From IMG/VR virus record IMGVR_UViG_2713896899_000007, positions 7,041-71,040 of that record: a DNA stretch of 64,000 nt; one strand, written 5' to 3'. A program made the position numbers and the translations under genes. The stretch's first letter is position 1. Each line of letters opens with the position of its first letter. Positions 21,017 through 30,251 of this stretch are shown in pieces. The stretch is from a virus. Its lineage: Duplodnaviria > Heunggongvirae > Uroviricota > Caudoviricetes. A model generated the notes under the pieces. The model worked only from the letters and a program-made list of their open reading frames with translations. It ran no database searches and was not told the origin of the DNA.

Positions 21017-21681
21017 GCAGCCATCTCCCCGGAAGAGATCTTCTCCGCATATGCCACAAATGCGTCTACCCCGCTTTCTCCCGTCATTTCTTCCATGTGG
21101 GCAAGCAAATCACCAACAACAATGGCAGAGCCAGCAGGGAGCGTTTTAAAGCCCAATACGTCGACAACACGTACTTCTTCCGCTGCAACTTCACGACTGA
21201 TCTCGGTGTGTTCATCCTTCTGTCGTTTAGTTTCTTCGCCAAGATCGATAACTAGCGAGTCGGTGTCCATTTCTTCTGTCATACTGCCAACGAGAACATT
21301 CAACTCACGCTCTTCAAAGCCGAAAACCTCGATATCGTCCAGAACAAGCGACTCAAGCTCTTTCTGTAGCTTAATTGCATCGTAATCAATGCTGGCAAGT
21401 CGGTTATCTTCAAGGCGCTTCGCACGAACCTCGTCATCACTGAGATCATCGCGAACAATAACCGGTACGCGCTCAAGTCCAGCAAAAATTGCAGCCTCAC
21501 GGCGGCCGTGGCCAGTAATAATTACGTCGTTCTTATCGACCGTAATTGGCTGGTCAAATCCGCGCTTTTTAATGGCTGCGGCTAGATCTCGGATCTGCTG
21601 TTCATCATGCTTTTTGGCATTCATCTCATAGGGAATAAGATCTGCCGGGTCGCGATATACGATTTCAAACTTTTTGGTCAT
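21013..21681 (-). CDS. ParB/Srx-fold nuclease-domain protein 1
   Basis: ParB box-like ITGHGRREAAIFAGLERVPV; start set to ATG 21679-21681 (MTKKFEIVYR), which overlaps the stop of the upstream paralog. Confidence 0.6.
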   Translation of the reverse strand: MTKKFEIVYRDPADLIPYEMNAKKHDEQQIRDLAAAIKKRGFDQPITVDKNDVIITGHGRREAAIFAGLERVPVIVRDDLSDDEVRAKRLEDNRLASIDYDAIKLQKELESLVLDDIEVFGFEERELNVLVGSMTEEMDTDSLVIDLGEETKRQKDEHTEISREVAAEEVRVVDVLGFKTLPAGSAIVVGDLLAHMEEMTGESGVDAFVAYAEKISSGEMAA

Positions 21682-22361
21682 TACATACGCTCCTTGTAGT
21701 AGTCGACCAGCCACACCAGAGCCTCACCAGCGTTCTCCATTTCATTACCGGTGTTAATAGCCTGCTCTTTGATGATGTTTTTTATGGTTTCTGCAACACG
21801 ATCTGACGCATCGAAAGTTACTTTGAAGCGCATGGTCTGATGTTCCGCACCCACACGTTCGGTTTTCTCCCGTTTGTCGGTATCGACAGGCTCATCACTA
21901 CCACGAGACAACGCCTCCAGTGCTTCAAGGTCGATTGCCGCCTCTTTTGCTAAAACCATCGAGATTTCGTCGTCATACGGGGCGATTTCAGACAGTTGAT
22001 AGTCAAGTTCTGACTGAATTTCTTCAATGAAGCGTTGCAATGCGATTTGGTCGTCTTCACCGTATCGCTCGTTGTCCACCAGTGACATCTGTTTTGCCAC
22101 GACATCGCTAATTTTGCCCACAGAAAGCACCGGAACCGTTGAAATTCCTTGCTCAATAGCAGCACGCCAGCGATGTTCGCCGCCGAGGATTTCAAAAAAT
22201 CCATCTTCAAGTTCACGAGCCAAAATTGGCTTAAAAAAGCCCAATTTTTCGATAGAACCTTTCAGTTTTTCAAAATTCTGCGCACCAACCGAATTGGTGT
22301 TCCAGGTATTCGGGCGAAGGTTGGCAACATCAACCTGCAAAATCGTGATTTTTACATCCAT
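21681..22361 (-). CDS. ParB/Srx-fold nuclease-domain protein 2
   Basis: ILGGEHRWRAAIEQGISTVPVL ParB box; track start at 22379 is a GTG, the ATG at 22359-22361 is preferred. Confidence 0.55.
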   Translation of the reverse strand: MDVKITILQVDVANLRPNTWNTNSVGAQNFEKLKGSIEKLGFFKPILARELEDGFFEILGGEHRWRAAIEQGISTVPVLSVGKISDVVAKQMSLVDNERYGEDDQIALQRFIEEIQSELDYQLSEIAPYDDEISMVLAKEAAIDLEALEALSRGSDEPVDTDKREKTERVGAEHQTMRFKVTFDASDRVAETIKNIIKEQAINTGNEMENAGEALVWLVDYYKERM

Positions 22362-22443
22362 TTTATTGCTACAATCCACTAAGTAACTGCTTACTTATTA
22401 TAATAGCCAAATAACATACAAAAGGCACTAAGGAAAGAGGTTT

Positions 22444-24003
22444 ATGACTGTTCGGATTGTATCTAACGCAGTTAATGCGCTTATTTCTGGCGCAGATGAC
22501 AAGGTAAAGCAACTGGTGCAGCAAATGTTGAGCTACGAAGTCGAGACTGGCGACTGGAAGGGCACAAGCACGATGTTCAACTGGAGTAAAAACTCGTTCC
22601 CTGCTGGCTTTGCCAAGCCTGTAGCGGCGAACTTGAACAAGGCGGGCATCAAATGTGTTCATATCCGCAAAGACAAAGCCCCGGCGCTTGGTAAACCAAA
22701 TCCGGCGGTTAACCCATTCCCATACAATCCTGATTATGCGTATCAGGATCAGACTGTGGAAACACTGGTTCGAGAGGGAATGATGATTGCGCAGATCGCT
22801 ACTGGTGGCGGGAAATCTAACGTTGCCTGCAAAGCAGCTGCACGTATCGGTCGAATGACATTATTTTTAACAACCCGCTCTGTTCTGATGTTTCAAATGG
22901 CCGAAAACTTCCAGAGATCCATCGACTACCGCGCCGAAAATGGCGAACCGTGGTTAAAAGACCAAAAGGTTGGAGTCATTGGCTCGGGTGAGTTCCAGGT
23001 ATCACGACATATCAACGTCGCTACAGTTCAAACTCTTGCAAGTTTCCTCGAAGAACCACCACGCGATGCAACACCAGATAAGAAAAGCTACCACCTCAAA
23101 CGTCGGGAGTTGGTGAAACGCTTCCTTTCAAGTGTCTCTCTTCTTATTCTGGAAGAGGCGCATGAGTCTTCAGGCTCAAATTTCTATGACATCGCCAGAT
23201 TATGTGTGAACGCAGACTATCGTCTGGCGCTTACAGCCACGCCGTTCATGAAGGATTCGACGGAAGCCAACATGCGCCTGATGGCGGTGGCCGGGCGAAT
23301 TGAAATTAAAGTCACAGAAAAGTACCTGATTGATCGAGGCATTCTGGCAAAGCCGTACTTCCTTTATCATAAAGTTGCCTACAAACCAGACGAGGCCAGA
23401 ATCAAGGCAGAACTTGCCAACAAACACCTCAATTTTAGAGTAGGTATGAGTACTGCCTACCAAAAGGCTTATCAGTTGGGGATCGTGTATAATTTGGGAC
23501 GTAACGAGGCCATTGTTCGCGAAGCATTGCTCTATAAGCAACATTCTCTCAATTGTATGACTCTGGTTCGCCTTAAACGCCACGGGCAAATCCTGATGGA
23601 AATGATGAAAGAGTCCGGCCTTAGAGTTGACTTCATCTATGGGGAATCTAACCAGGCGACAAGGCAAGCAAAGCTGAACAGTTTAGCGTCTGGAGAAATA
23701 GATGTTTTAATAGGCTCGACTATTCTGGATGTCGGTGTTGATGTGCCAAGCGTTGGTGCGGTCATTCTTGCTGGTGGTGGGAAAGCAGAAGTTGAAATGA
23801 GGCAGCGTGTCGGTCGTGGCTTACGAGCCAAGAAGAATCAGGCAAACGTGTGTTTTATCACTGATTTCATTGACACTAGCAACAAATACCTGTTGTCTCA
23901 CTCTTATGAGCGAAAACACATCATCGACACCACACCTGGCTTTGCAGAAGGTGTATTGCCTATTGATGGCGCATTCGATTTTGGAGTTCTGAAACGAGAT
24001 TAG
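22444..24003 (+). CDS. Superfamily II DNA/RNA helicase
   Basis: Motif I ATGGGKS, motif II ILEEAHE, motif III TATP, motif VI QRVGRGLR. Confidence 0.8.
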   Translation: MTVRIVSNAVNALISGADDKVKQLVQQMLSYEVETGDWKGTSTMFNWSKNSFPAGFAKPVAANLNKAGIKCVHIRKDKAPALGKPNPAVNPFPYNPDYAYQDQTVETLVREGMMIAQIATGGGKSNVACKAAARIGRMTLFLTTRSVLMFQMAENFQRSIDYRAENGEPWLKDQKVGVIGSGEFQVSRHINVATVQTLASFLEEPPRDATPDKKSYHLKRRELVKRFLSSVSLLILEEAHESSGSNFYDIARLCVNADYRLALTATPFMKDSTEANMRLMAVAGRIEIKVTEKYLIDRGILAKPYFLYHKVAYKPDEARIKAELANKHLNFRVGMSTAYQKAYQLGIVYNLGRNEAIVREALLYKQHSLNCMTLVRLKRHGQILMEMMKESGLRVDFIYGESNQATRQAKLNSLASGEIDVLIGSTILDVGVDVPSVGAVILAGGGKAEVEMRQRVGRGLRAKKNQANVCFITDFIDTSNKYLLSHSYERKHIIDTTPGFAEGVLPIDGAFDFGVLKRD

Positions 24004-24005
24004 TT

Positions 24006-24284
24006 ATGAGCGAAAAGAAAACAACTTATTGCCAAGTGGCATTGTCTGATAAGGCCAATGAAAAACTTGGAAAATTTCAAATAAAACTCAAAGAGAAAAA
24101 AATCAAGATGTCTAAGGCTGAAGTTATCAATGCCATTCTGGAGACGATGACTATGGCTGAATTTGACAAAGTCACATCTGCCGTTGGGGTTTCCGCTAAG
24201 ACGCGTGAGAAAATCATGCGCATCTATGAAAACTCCAATATGACAAAAAAAGATCTAGAGGAAATACTGAGCAGGTTGCCGTAA
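24006..24284 (+). CDS. Hypothetical small protein (possible RHH-type DNA binder)
   Basis: 92 aa, starts 3 bp after helicase stop; Lys-rich. Confidence 0.4.
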   Translation: MSEKKTTYCQVALSDKANEKLGKFQIKLKEKKIKMSKAEVINAILETMTMAEFDKVTSAVGVSAKTREKIMRIYENSNMTKKDLEEILSRLP

Positions 24285-24316
24285 CATTTCATATTTACCC
24301 CCTATCAACTAATTCT

Positions 24317-24351
24317 ATGATGTGCTCACTTGTTAGAAAGGAGCACATCAT
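24317..24351 (+). promoter_or_regulatory. 11-bp perfect inverted repeat occluding RBS and start codon
   Basis: ATGATGTGCTC (24317-24327) pairs with GAGCACATCAT (24341-24351); AAGGAG RBS and the ATG at 24350 lie in loop and stem. Confidence 0.4.
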
Positions 24352-24916
24352 GAGTTGGTTAAAAGAATTATCATTTGTTGACACCACTGGCGCTAAGAAA
24401 AATCATTCTTTCTGGAAAGTCAGCGATCCTTCTGATTTTCTTGTTGGTGCTAATGCTGCTTTTGAATTGCTTAACTTTTATCAACGTTATCCTGAAATGA
24501 AACACAGTCCACTCCTGTACAGAATAACAAACGATATGAATAGGTCTGGTTTATTATCAAGTGAGTCAGCGAAAGGCTTTTTTAGCAAAATTACGCCACA
24601 CATATCATTCGATGCAGCAAACGAAATTGATTGTCTATCCACGAAACCTCAAGAACAATTATCTGTACCACCTGAGAAAAAACAAAGACGAATTGCCAGC
24701 ATTGAAAATATATCGAAAGAGCTTCGCACAACAACGTTGAGGCTGCTGAACTTTCTTACGCTACTTAATTGGATAGATGATCAAACATTGATTCCATCAA
24801 CCGATGCGTTGGATAACAGAGTACTTAGGCTGAACAAAAAATCGCAATTTGGTTTTGTGTTCACCAAAAAAGGTGAAGATTTAATCAAAAGAAAATATAG
24901 ATTATTGAATGATTAA
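24350..24916 (+). CDS. Hypothetical protein (AT-rich island)
   Basis: RBS AAGGAG 8 bp upstream of ATG 24350; track start 24317 lies inside an 11-bp inverted repeat. Confidence 0.45.
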   Translation: MSWLKELSFVDTTGAKKNHSFWKVSDPSDFLVGANAAFELLNFYQRYPEMKHSPLLYRITNDMNRSGLLSSESAKGFFSKITPHISFDAANEIDCLSTKPQEQLSVPPEKKQRRIASIENISKELRTTTLRLLNFLTLLNWIDDQTLIPSTDALDNRVLRLNKKSQFGFVFTKKGEDLIKRKYRLLND

Positions 24917-24923
24917 TAGTCTA

Positions 24924-24970
24924 CATGCAGGTGTATGAGAGCACCTGCATGTGATATTCATCACATTTTT
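24924..24970 (+). terminator. Hairpin(s) plus T-run after gene 24350..24916
   Basis: 10-bp stem CATGCAGGTG/CACCTGCATG followed by short stem GTGAT/ATCAC and T6. Confidence 0.4.
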
Positions 24971-25061
24971 TGAAGTACACACCTCCGGCTGAAAAAATTT
25001 CTTGATTGGCAGAACGATATTTGTAGGCTTTTCAATTGATAACTAAGGTCGGATACTGTAG

Positions 25062-25550
25062 ATGAGTATTTCCATAAACAAAATAATTAACTCTTTACGA
25101 CATAAAATATCACATGGAAAAGATGTTCTTTTTAAAGACAAATATTATCTATTCAACCTAGAGTTGTACAAATGCACAAAATTTTATATCACTCGGAACC
25201 GTAAATATTCAGCTTCAATCACAAAAGACATGAAGAAAATCTCTTCAGAAGAGTACTTCATATCACATATTTATATCTACCCATTTAAATTAGAACCATT
25301 AAATATAATTCTTCCAACAATAAAAGGGGTTGAACTTGAAGGTTATACTTTAAGCTCTAACTTTAATGATATGGGTGTACAAAAACCAGGGACAAGGTCA
25401 TACTACGCCTACAAAGTAAAATGCAATAACTACAACGCACTTAACATGCTAATCAGCAAACTTGAAACGGAGATAGTCGAAGGAAATCTAAATGATGATC
25501 ATGAAAAATTAGAACAAATAGAAAAACTTAGAAAGTGTGATGTTAAATAA
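25062..25550 (+). CDS. Hypothetical protein (AT-rich island)
   Basis: 162-aa ORF, very low GC, Lys/Asn/Ile-rich. Confidence 0.4.
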   Translation: MSISINKIINSLRHKISHGKDVLFKDKYYLFNLELYKCTKFYITRNRKYSASITKDMKKISSEEYFISHIYIYPFKLEPLNIILPTIKGVELEGYTLSSNFNDMGVQKPGTRSYYAYKVKCNNYNALNMLISKLETEIVEGNLNDDHEKLEQIEKLRKCDVK

Positions 25551-26165
25551 TTGGATTATCATGATATGAAAATGAAAATTTCGTTACTCCTTGCTTGTAT
25601 ATGCCTCCCGGCGTTTTCCGCCAACGCATTATCAGATTTCGTCTCTGACATGCAAAAAACGTACAGCATGTTTACCTCCGAAGACGTAGTAGAATACAAA
25701 TCACGAGGTCTGAATCAGCCAGTTTGGTTCAGATTCTCAGACAACGCAGAAGAAACAATACTTAATGGAGGAAAAGAAAGATTACGGTTGCAAATTAACG
25801 GGACCGCTGTACCAGAAAACGTTAATGTAAACTCTGACGAAGCCATGAAGCCATCTGGAATTGTTTTAGAAGTTCAAGACGGCACACTTTACTGTGATGA
25901 AATGGCTACAACAGGTTGCCAAGTAAACATTAGGGTTGGCAATGAAGAGCCTATCGTTACTTACGCCAAGGCTGAAGGGAATACAAGTGGAAAGGTATTG
26001 TTTATCGATGAAAATATCTCAAAACGTATCGTTCGTGACATACAGAAAACAGCTAACTCTAAATCCGTCGATAAAAAAATCTATGTTGAGGTTCCCTTCT
26101 TTGTCGTTGGTAACAAAGAATTTAAATTTGGGTTGCTGAAAACACCTCTAAGAGTATCAGAATGA
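25551..26165 (+). CDS. Secreted/periplasmic protein of unknown function
   Basis: Signal-peptide-like MKMKISLLLACICLPAFSANA (probable start 25566); two Cys in mature part. Confidence 0.5.
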   Translation: MDYHDMKMKISLLLACICLPAFSANALSDFVSDMQKTYSMFTSEDVVEYKSRGLNQPVWFRFSDNAEETILNGGKERLRLQINGTAVPENVNVNSDEAMKPSGIVLEVQDGTLYCDEMATTGCQVNIRVGNEEPIVTYAKAEGNTSGKVLFIDENISKRIVRDIQKTANSKSVDKKIYVEVPFFVVGNKEFKFGLLKTPLRVSE

Positions 26166-26686
26166 GAACATTGGACATCACCTACGGCATACCGGCTGAA
26201 GTCTGGCCGCGAGACTACGAACATGCTGAAAACATACTTATGTTCTGGCGGAAGAACAACATTCCTGTAAGAGTCACGCTTGAAGACGGTCAGGTGTTTT
26301 GCATGTACGTTCAGGGGACAATGCCTTCCCGCAATAAGCTAGATTTATGCCCGCTTCCATATGATAAAGAAAATCGTATAAGACTCCCACTTGAGCGCAT
26401 TAGCACAATTGAATCAGGTGTAATCGATGGCATTGCTCGCGAGTTCAAAGGTAGGCTAACAATACATCCAGACTATGTTGACAATCAGCCATCACGCCGT
26501 GACTTTTTTGCGATATGTCGCAAGGCTTATCAAAACGACCAATCTATAAGGGTCTACATGGCAGACGGTCGTGAAATTGAAGGGGTGTCAAGAGGCGTTG
26601 ATGCTTGCCAGGTCACTCTTAAGTTAGAAGACGGCAGAAAAATACTTGTTTTCTTCGATTGGGTTGAACGAATCCTTCCATTTTAA
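26162..26686 (+). CDS. Hypothetical protein with internal duplicated segment
   Basis: Repeated VRVTLEDGQVFCMYVQG / IRVYMADGREIEG / VTLKLEDGRKILVFF units; ATGA overlap with upstream gene. Confidence 0.45.
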   Translation: MRTLDITYGIPAEVWPRDYEHAENILMFWRKNNIPVRVTLEDGQVFCMYVQGTMPSRNKLDLCPLPYDKENRIRLPLERISTIESGVIDGIAREFKGRLTIHPDYVDNQPSRRDFFAICRKAYQNDQSIRVYMADGREIEGVSRGVDACQVTLKLEDGRKILVFFDWVERILPF

Positions 26687-26878
26687 ATCTATAAGGGTAA
26701 TAACCGGCTAAGCCCGGTTATTATTTTACATGCCATTCATTTAAAACTCTTTCAATGCCACTCTGTATAAATATATAAGGTTAAAGGCCCGAATTGATTA
26801 TTTATTTAGGGAACACCTTCGACGATCTCGCTTTTATTTCTAGGACTTTCACCCCTGCAAAAAATTTAAAAAAAACAC

Positions 26879-26906
26879 TTGCAATCTTTTTTCACGTATC
26901 GATAAT
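26879..26906 (+). promoter_or_regulatory. Sigma70-like promoter with A-tract UP-like element for AT-rich island genes
   Basis: -35 TTGCAA (26879-26884), 16-bp spacer, -10 GATAAT (26901-26906); A-rich tract 26859-26876. Confidence 0.5.
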
Positions 26907-26981
26907 TGAACTCGTCGAAAGCGAGCTGGCTAACGACAGTAAAAAATAAATTCATTTTAATTTTTCGTAAGGATGTCCATC

Positions 26982-27632
26982 ATGGCTAACATTATCATTT
27001 CTAAAAAATCCATCATTGAAGCTGCTTCCATTGTATCCGATGAACTGCGCGAAAAAGCAGATCTGGCAACTCAAACATATAACGAACATTATAAAAATGG
27101 TACGCACACTAAAGCAGACAAAGCAAATATGCAAGCTGCGACCACTAAACTTGCTTACTTCATCAACAACGTCGTAAACGCAGTAGAAGACGAAAAATTA
27201 TGCTCTGTTTTCTACTATGCGATTAAAGCAAGCAAACAAGCGCCAGAAGTATTTTTCCGTGATGCTATGACTAATAGTTATTCACTGGAAAAACTGGTTT
27301 ATCTGGTTAAATCCATTAAAGCTGGTAAATGCGTTTATTCCGTCGCTGATATGTCAGGATCTCGTGTATTCGCTTTAATCGATATGATTAACGACGAGAT
27401 CGACACGTTCACCAATGGCGCTGTTTTCGATTTAATGAATGAAGCTAAAAAAGCGTGCGAAATTAAATTGGACGCTGGCTATACTCAAGCCAACCAGTTG
27501 ATCAATCTTTGCGAACGTCTCGGACTTGTTGAAAAAGTCAAAGGAGCTGGGAGCGCCAAAGCTGGTACGCAGCAATATCGCTTCATTAAAAATGATTTCT
27601 ACAATTATTTAGCTGATGCTTTTAAAGCGTAA
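26982..27632 (+). CDS. Hypothetical protein (AT-rich island)
   Basis: RBS AAGGA 9 bp upstream of ATG 26982; preceded by sigma70-like promoter at 26879-26906. Confidence 0.5.
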   Translation: MANIIISKKSIIEAASIVSDELREKADLATQTYNEHYKNGTHTKADKANMQAATTKLAYFINNVVNAVEDEKLCSVFYYAIKASKQAPEVFFRDAMTNSYSLEKLVYLVKSIKAGKCVYSVADMSGSRVFALIDMINDEIDTFTNGAVFDLMNEAKKACEIKLDAGYTQANQLINLCERLGLVEKVKGAGSAKAGTQQYRFIKNDFYNYLADAFKA

Positions 27633-27644
27633 TTAATGAAATCA

Positions 27645-27663
27645 AGCGCCCACTATGGGCGCT
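27645..27663 (+). terminator. Hairpin AGCGCCCACTATGGGCGCT (internal attenuator-like)
   Basis: Same stem sequence as terminator at 28141; weak T-run. Confidence 0.35.
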
Positions 27664-27681
27664 TTAAAGGAGCTTTCAAAA

Positions 27682-27885
27682 ATGGTCAGCTATGACAAGA
27701 TCCGCGCGGAATATCGCGCAAAGTATCGCGCTTATAAACTGGAATTAATCGACGATTTGATCGCGCAACGCGACCAATTAAATTTTACGTTTTCTGATTT
27801 GCTTAACAGTAAACGAGATTGTAAGCGTAAGCGTGAATATTTACGTTTAAGCGCATTAATCGGAAAACTTCAAAATTCTATTTAA
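27682..27885 (+). CDS. Hypothetical small basic protein
   Basis: RBS AAGGAG at 27669-27674 then ATG 27682; track start 27655 lies inside a terminator hairpin. Confidence 0.4.
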   Translation: MVSYDKIRAEYRAKYRAYKLELIDDLIAQRDQLNFTFSDLLNSKRDCKRKREYLRLSALIGKLQNSI

Positions 27886-27905
27886 TTTTTTTAAGGAGCT
27901 TAATC

Positions 27906-28133
27906 ATGGTTATTTTCATCTCTGGCGTAAATATCAATAATCATACTCTTGTTTATGATATTGCTGGTTTAGCTGGATATGCTCTAAGTTCTGAAGTGGT
28001 TGATGAAACAACGTTTAAAATAAACATCAATGACGTAGAACATAGAGCGCGCGTAGGAATCAATGAAGCTGATGTTACTTTAATGCTTCAAGAATTTTTA
28101 AACGCTGGCTTTAATATTCACTTAGAAAAATAA
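27906..28133 (+). CDS. Hypothetical small protein
   Basis: RBS AAGGAG at 27890-27895, ATG 27906; followed by strong terminator. Confidence 0.4.
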   Translation: MVIFISGVNINNHTLVYDIAGLAGYALSSEVVDETTFKININDVEHRARVGINEADVTLMLQEFLNAGFNIHLEK

Positions 28134-28140
28134 AAACAAT

Positions 28141-28165
28141 AGCGCCCACTATGGGCGCTTTTTTC
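28141..28165 (+). terminator. Rho-independent terminator closing the AT-rich island
   Basis: AGCGCCCACTATGGGCGCT followed by TTTTT. Confidence 0.7.
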
Positions 28166-28187
28166 GTTTACAATACACCCACCATAA

Positions 28188-28210
28188 CGCGCCAATAATG
28201 GCGCTTTTTT
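28188..28210 (+). terminator. Second stacked rho-independent terminator
   Basis: GCGCCAATAATGGCGC followed by TTTTTT. Confidence 0.65.
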
Positions 28211-28623
28211 ATTGTCTTTAACTCACTCCAACAACATAAAAATAAGCGCCAAAATAACGCCATAGACGCGCTTTTATATCCTTGTCAGTACATACCCATT
28301 ACTTAACACATTAACGCGCTTAAAATGCGTTATATTGCGCTATAACGTATGGCTAATCATTAATTTTTATTCTTGCTATGTGATCCGCGTTTAATTGTCG
28401 GCGCGGATCGGCATTTTGTTTTGTTCCGTATCCGCTCGCGTATTATGTGCGCGTGATTTTTCACATAATCACACCACTTAATCACGTATGTGATTATGCT
28501 ACGAAAGAAATCTGGATGTCTCAGGCGACGAAAGTCATCATAATTTTCCCCGCTCACCTGTCCGACAACCGCTGGTTGGATTCCACCAGCTTCCCGATGT
28601 TTTTTCTACATAAAGGCGAATGC

Positions 28624-28745
28624 AGCCGTTTCCCGAAAAAATCCTGGCCGTTTCCCGTCGGCTCATGAATGCGTTCCTTGCCGTTTCTGAAAATTTCCCT
28701 GCGGCAGCTGGTGGCTATAGAGAAAGGGCCGTTTCTGGCCCTCTT
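28624..28745. repeat. Array of GCCGTTTCCC/GCCGTTTCT repeats (4 copies) plus CCCTGCGGC-TATAGAGAAA box
   Basis: GCAGCCGTTTCCCGAAAAAATCC, GGCCGTTTCCCGTCGG, TGCCGTTTCTGAAAAT, GGGCCGTTTCTGGCCC. Confidence 0.6.
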
Positions 28746-28750
28746 CTCAG

Positions 28751-29233
28751 TTACACGCCATCAAGGATGTGGATGCGGTTGCTTGCGTATACATTCAGCA
28801 TAAAGTTAGCGCAAAACAGTTTCCATGTATCAACGCCAGCGGTATACGTAATGTTTTTGCATTTAATTGCATTGTTGGCGATCTGCGTAGCCAGTGATAT
28901 GGCTTCATGGTCAGTAAAGCCGTATGACGTTTGGGTCTTCATCCAGACAGAAATCTGCGTAGCGAACTCAATCAGCTTGGACTGGCAGAATCGCCCGGAG
29001 CGCACCGGAAAGACGAACGTTCCGAATCCAGAATTTACCACATACGCTTTCTCAAATACCCGAGAGTAACGACGATTGCCAATGATGTCGCGTGCAATAA
29101 TGCATTTTTCTTGTTCTGACAGTTCTACCGTCTCATTGTGACGCCAGGCACCAAGTACTCGTTTTTCAATGTCAGAGAACGTTACAGCGATATTGCCATG
29201 TGCGGGTGCGTTTACAGTAGCGATAAAATTCAT
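28751..29233 (-). CDS. Hypothetical early protein
   Basis: 160-aa ORF preceded by conserved leader motif at 29253-29275. Confidence 0.45.
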   Translation of the reverse strand: MNFIATVNAPAHGNIAVTFSDIEKRVLGAWRHNETVELSEQEKCIIARDIIGNRRYSRVFEKAYVVNSGFGTFVFPVRSGRFCQSKLIEFATQISVWMKTQTSYGFTDHEAISLATQIANNAIKCKNITYTAGVDTWKLFCANFMLNVYASNRIHILDGV

Positions 29234-29438
29234 GATTAATTCCTTATCGTAAATAACAAATTGTTTTCTTGTTGGCGTTAATTATCGTTGTACGAATAAG
29301 GCGTCAAAGTGGAAAGTTGCGGTAGCCGGACGGGAACAGGTGGGTTTGTCGGTTGCCTGGAGGTAAGAGGTTGGTGTTTTTAGCCTGCGGGGAACAGGAT
29401 GGTCATTTAAGGCCACCAGCGTTAACTGGTGGCGTTTG

Positions 29439-30137
29439 TCATGCTGGAATCATATCTAATTGAAAAGATTCCATTATATATGTTGGTTCATCGATGTAGT
29501 CCTTCAGCCTATTGTCAAATGACTCAAGCGGATTGTATGGCGGATGATGCCGCTCCGAGTATTCATTTAAAAGATGCCCCATTATCAGTTCGATACCCAT
29601 CTCTACTCCTGAAACTCCGAACCATACATTGTGCGTTAGTTGCTGGGCGTCTGTATCCAGTACGCGAACGCCATCAACAAGATTTATTAGATTCCTGTGG
29701 TTTTCGTGTACTGTAACCTCTCCGCTGGTTAAGTCTATTTCAGCGAGAAAATATGGTCTTTTGCTTCCGTCGGACTTTTTGAAATGACCGTCATAAGCGA
29801 TAGCAAACCACGCTTTACTAAAGTCCTTGTTGGCGTAAGTGGTGCACATACAACTAGGATAATCATCAATGTTAAACCAATCAGGAAACGGATCATCTTT
29901 AGACGAGCCAGCAAAATCATCAGCTAGTTCGTAGCTAATGTCTGGGTTGTACTTGCTGACAAAATCATCTACATCCTCTACATCCTCAACACCTTTCCAA
30001 ACTTTACATCTCTCCGACCAAAAGAATCTCGCAATATCCGAAATGACTGGGAAACGTTTTTCAATTGAATTTATCAACTCTGCATGTTCTTTAAGAGATT
30101 TACGCTTGTTGATAAGCTTCTGAAGATGCGTACTCAT
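29439..30137 (-). CDS. Hypothetical early protein
   Basis: 232-aa ORF; conserved promoter motif plus GATAAT at 30150-30211 upstream. Confidence 0.45.
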   Translation of the reverse strand: MSTHLQKLINKRKSLKEHAELINSIEKRFPVISDIARFFWSERCKVWKGVEDVEDVDDFVSKYNPDISYELADDFAGSSKDDPFPDWFNIDDYPSCMCTTYANKDFSKAWFAIAYDGHFKKSDGSKRPYFLAEIDLTSGEVTVHENHRNLINLVDGVRVLDTDAQQLTHNVWFGVSGVEMGIELIMGHLLNEYSERHHPPYNPLESFDNRLKDYIDEPTYIMESFQLDMIPA

Positions 30138-30188
30138 TTTTAATTCCTCGTTTGTTTTTGATGTGATAATTATCGCAGTCAGATTAAG

Positions 30189-30211
30189 GCAGAAAACAAA
30201 TTGTTATCGGG
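30189..30211 (-). promoter_or_regulatory. Early promoter/operator motif instance
   Basis: GCAGAAAACAAATTGTTATCGGG, with GATAAT-like hexamer downstream in the transcription direction. Confidence 0.45.
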
Positions 30212-30251
30212 CATAAGAAAATGGCGCGGTTTACGCGCCATTTAAAGAGGA

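Noticed and set aside
22380-22443. Precise sigma70 promoter for the helicase gene
   Set aside because: A TATAAT hexamer is present at 22399-22404 but no acceptable -35 at 16-18 bp spacing, so no promoter was called
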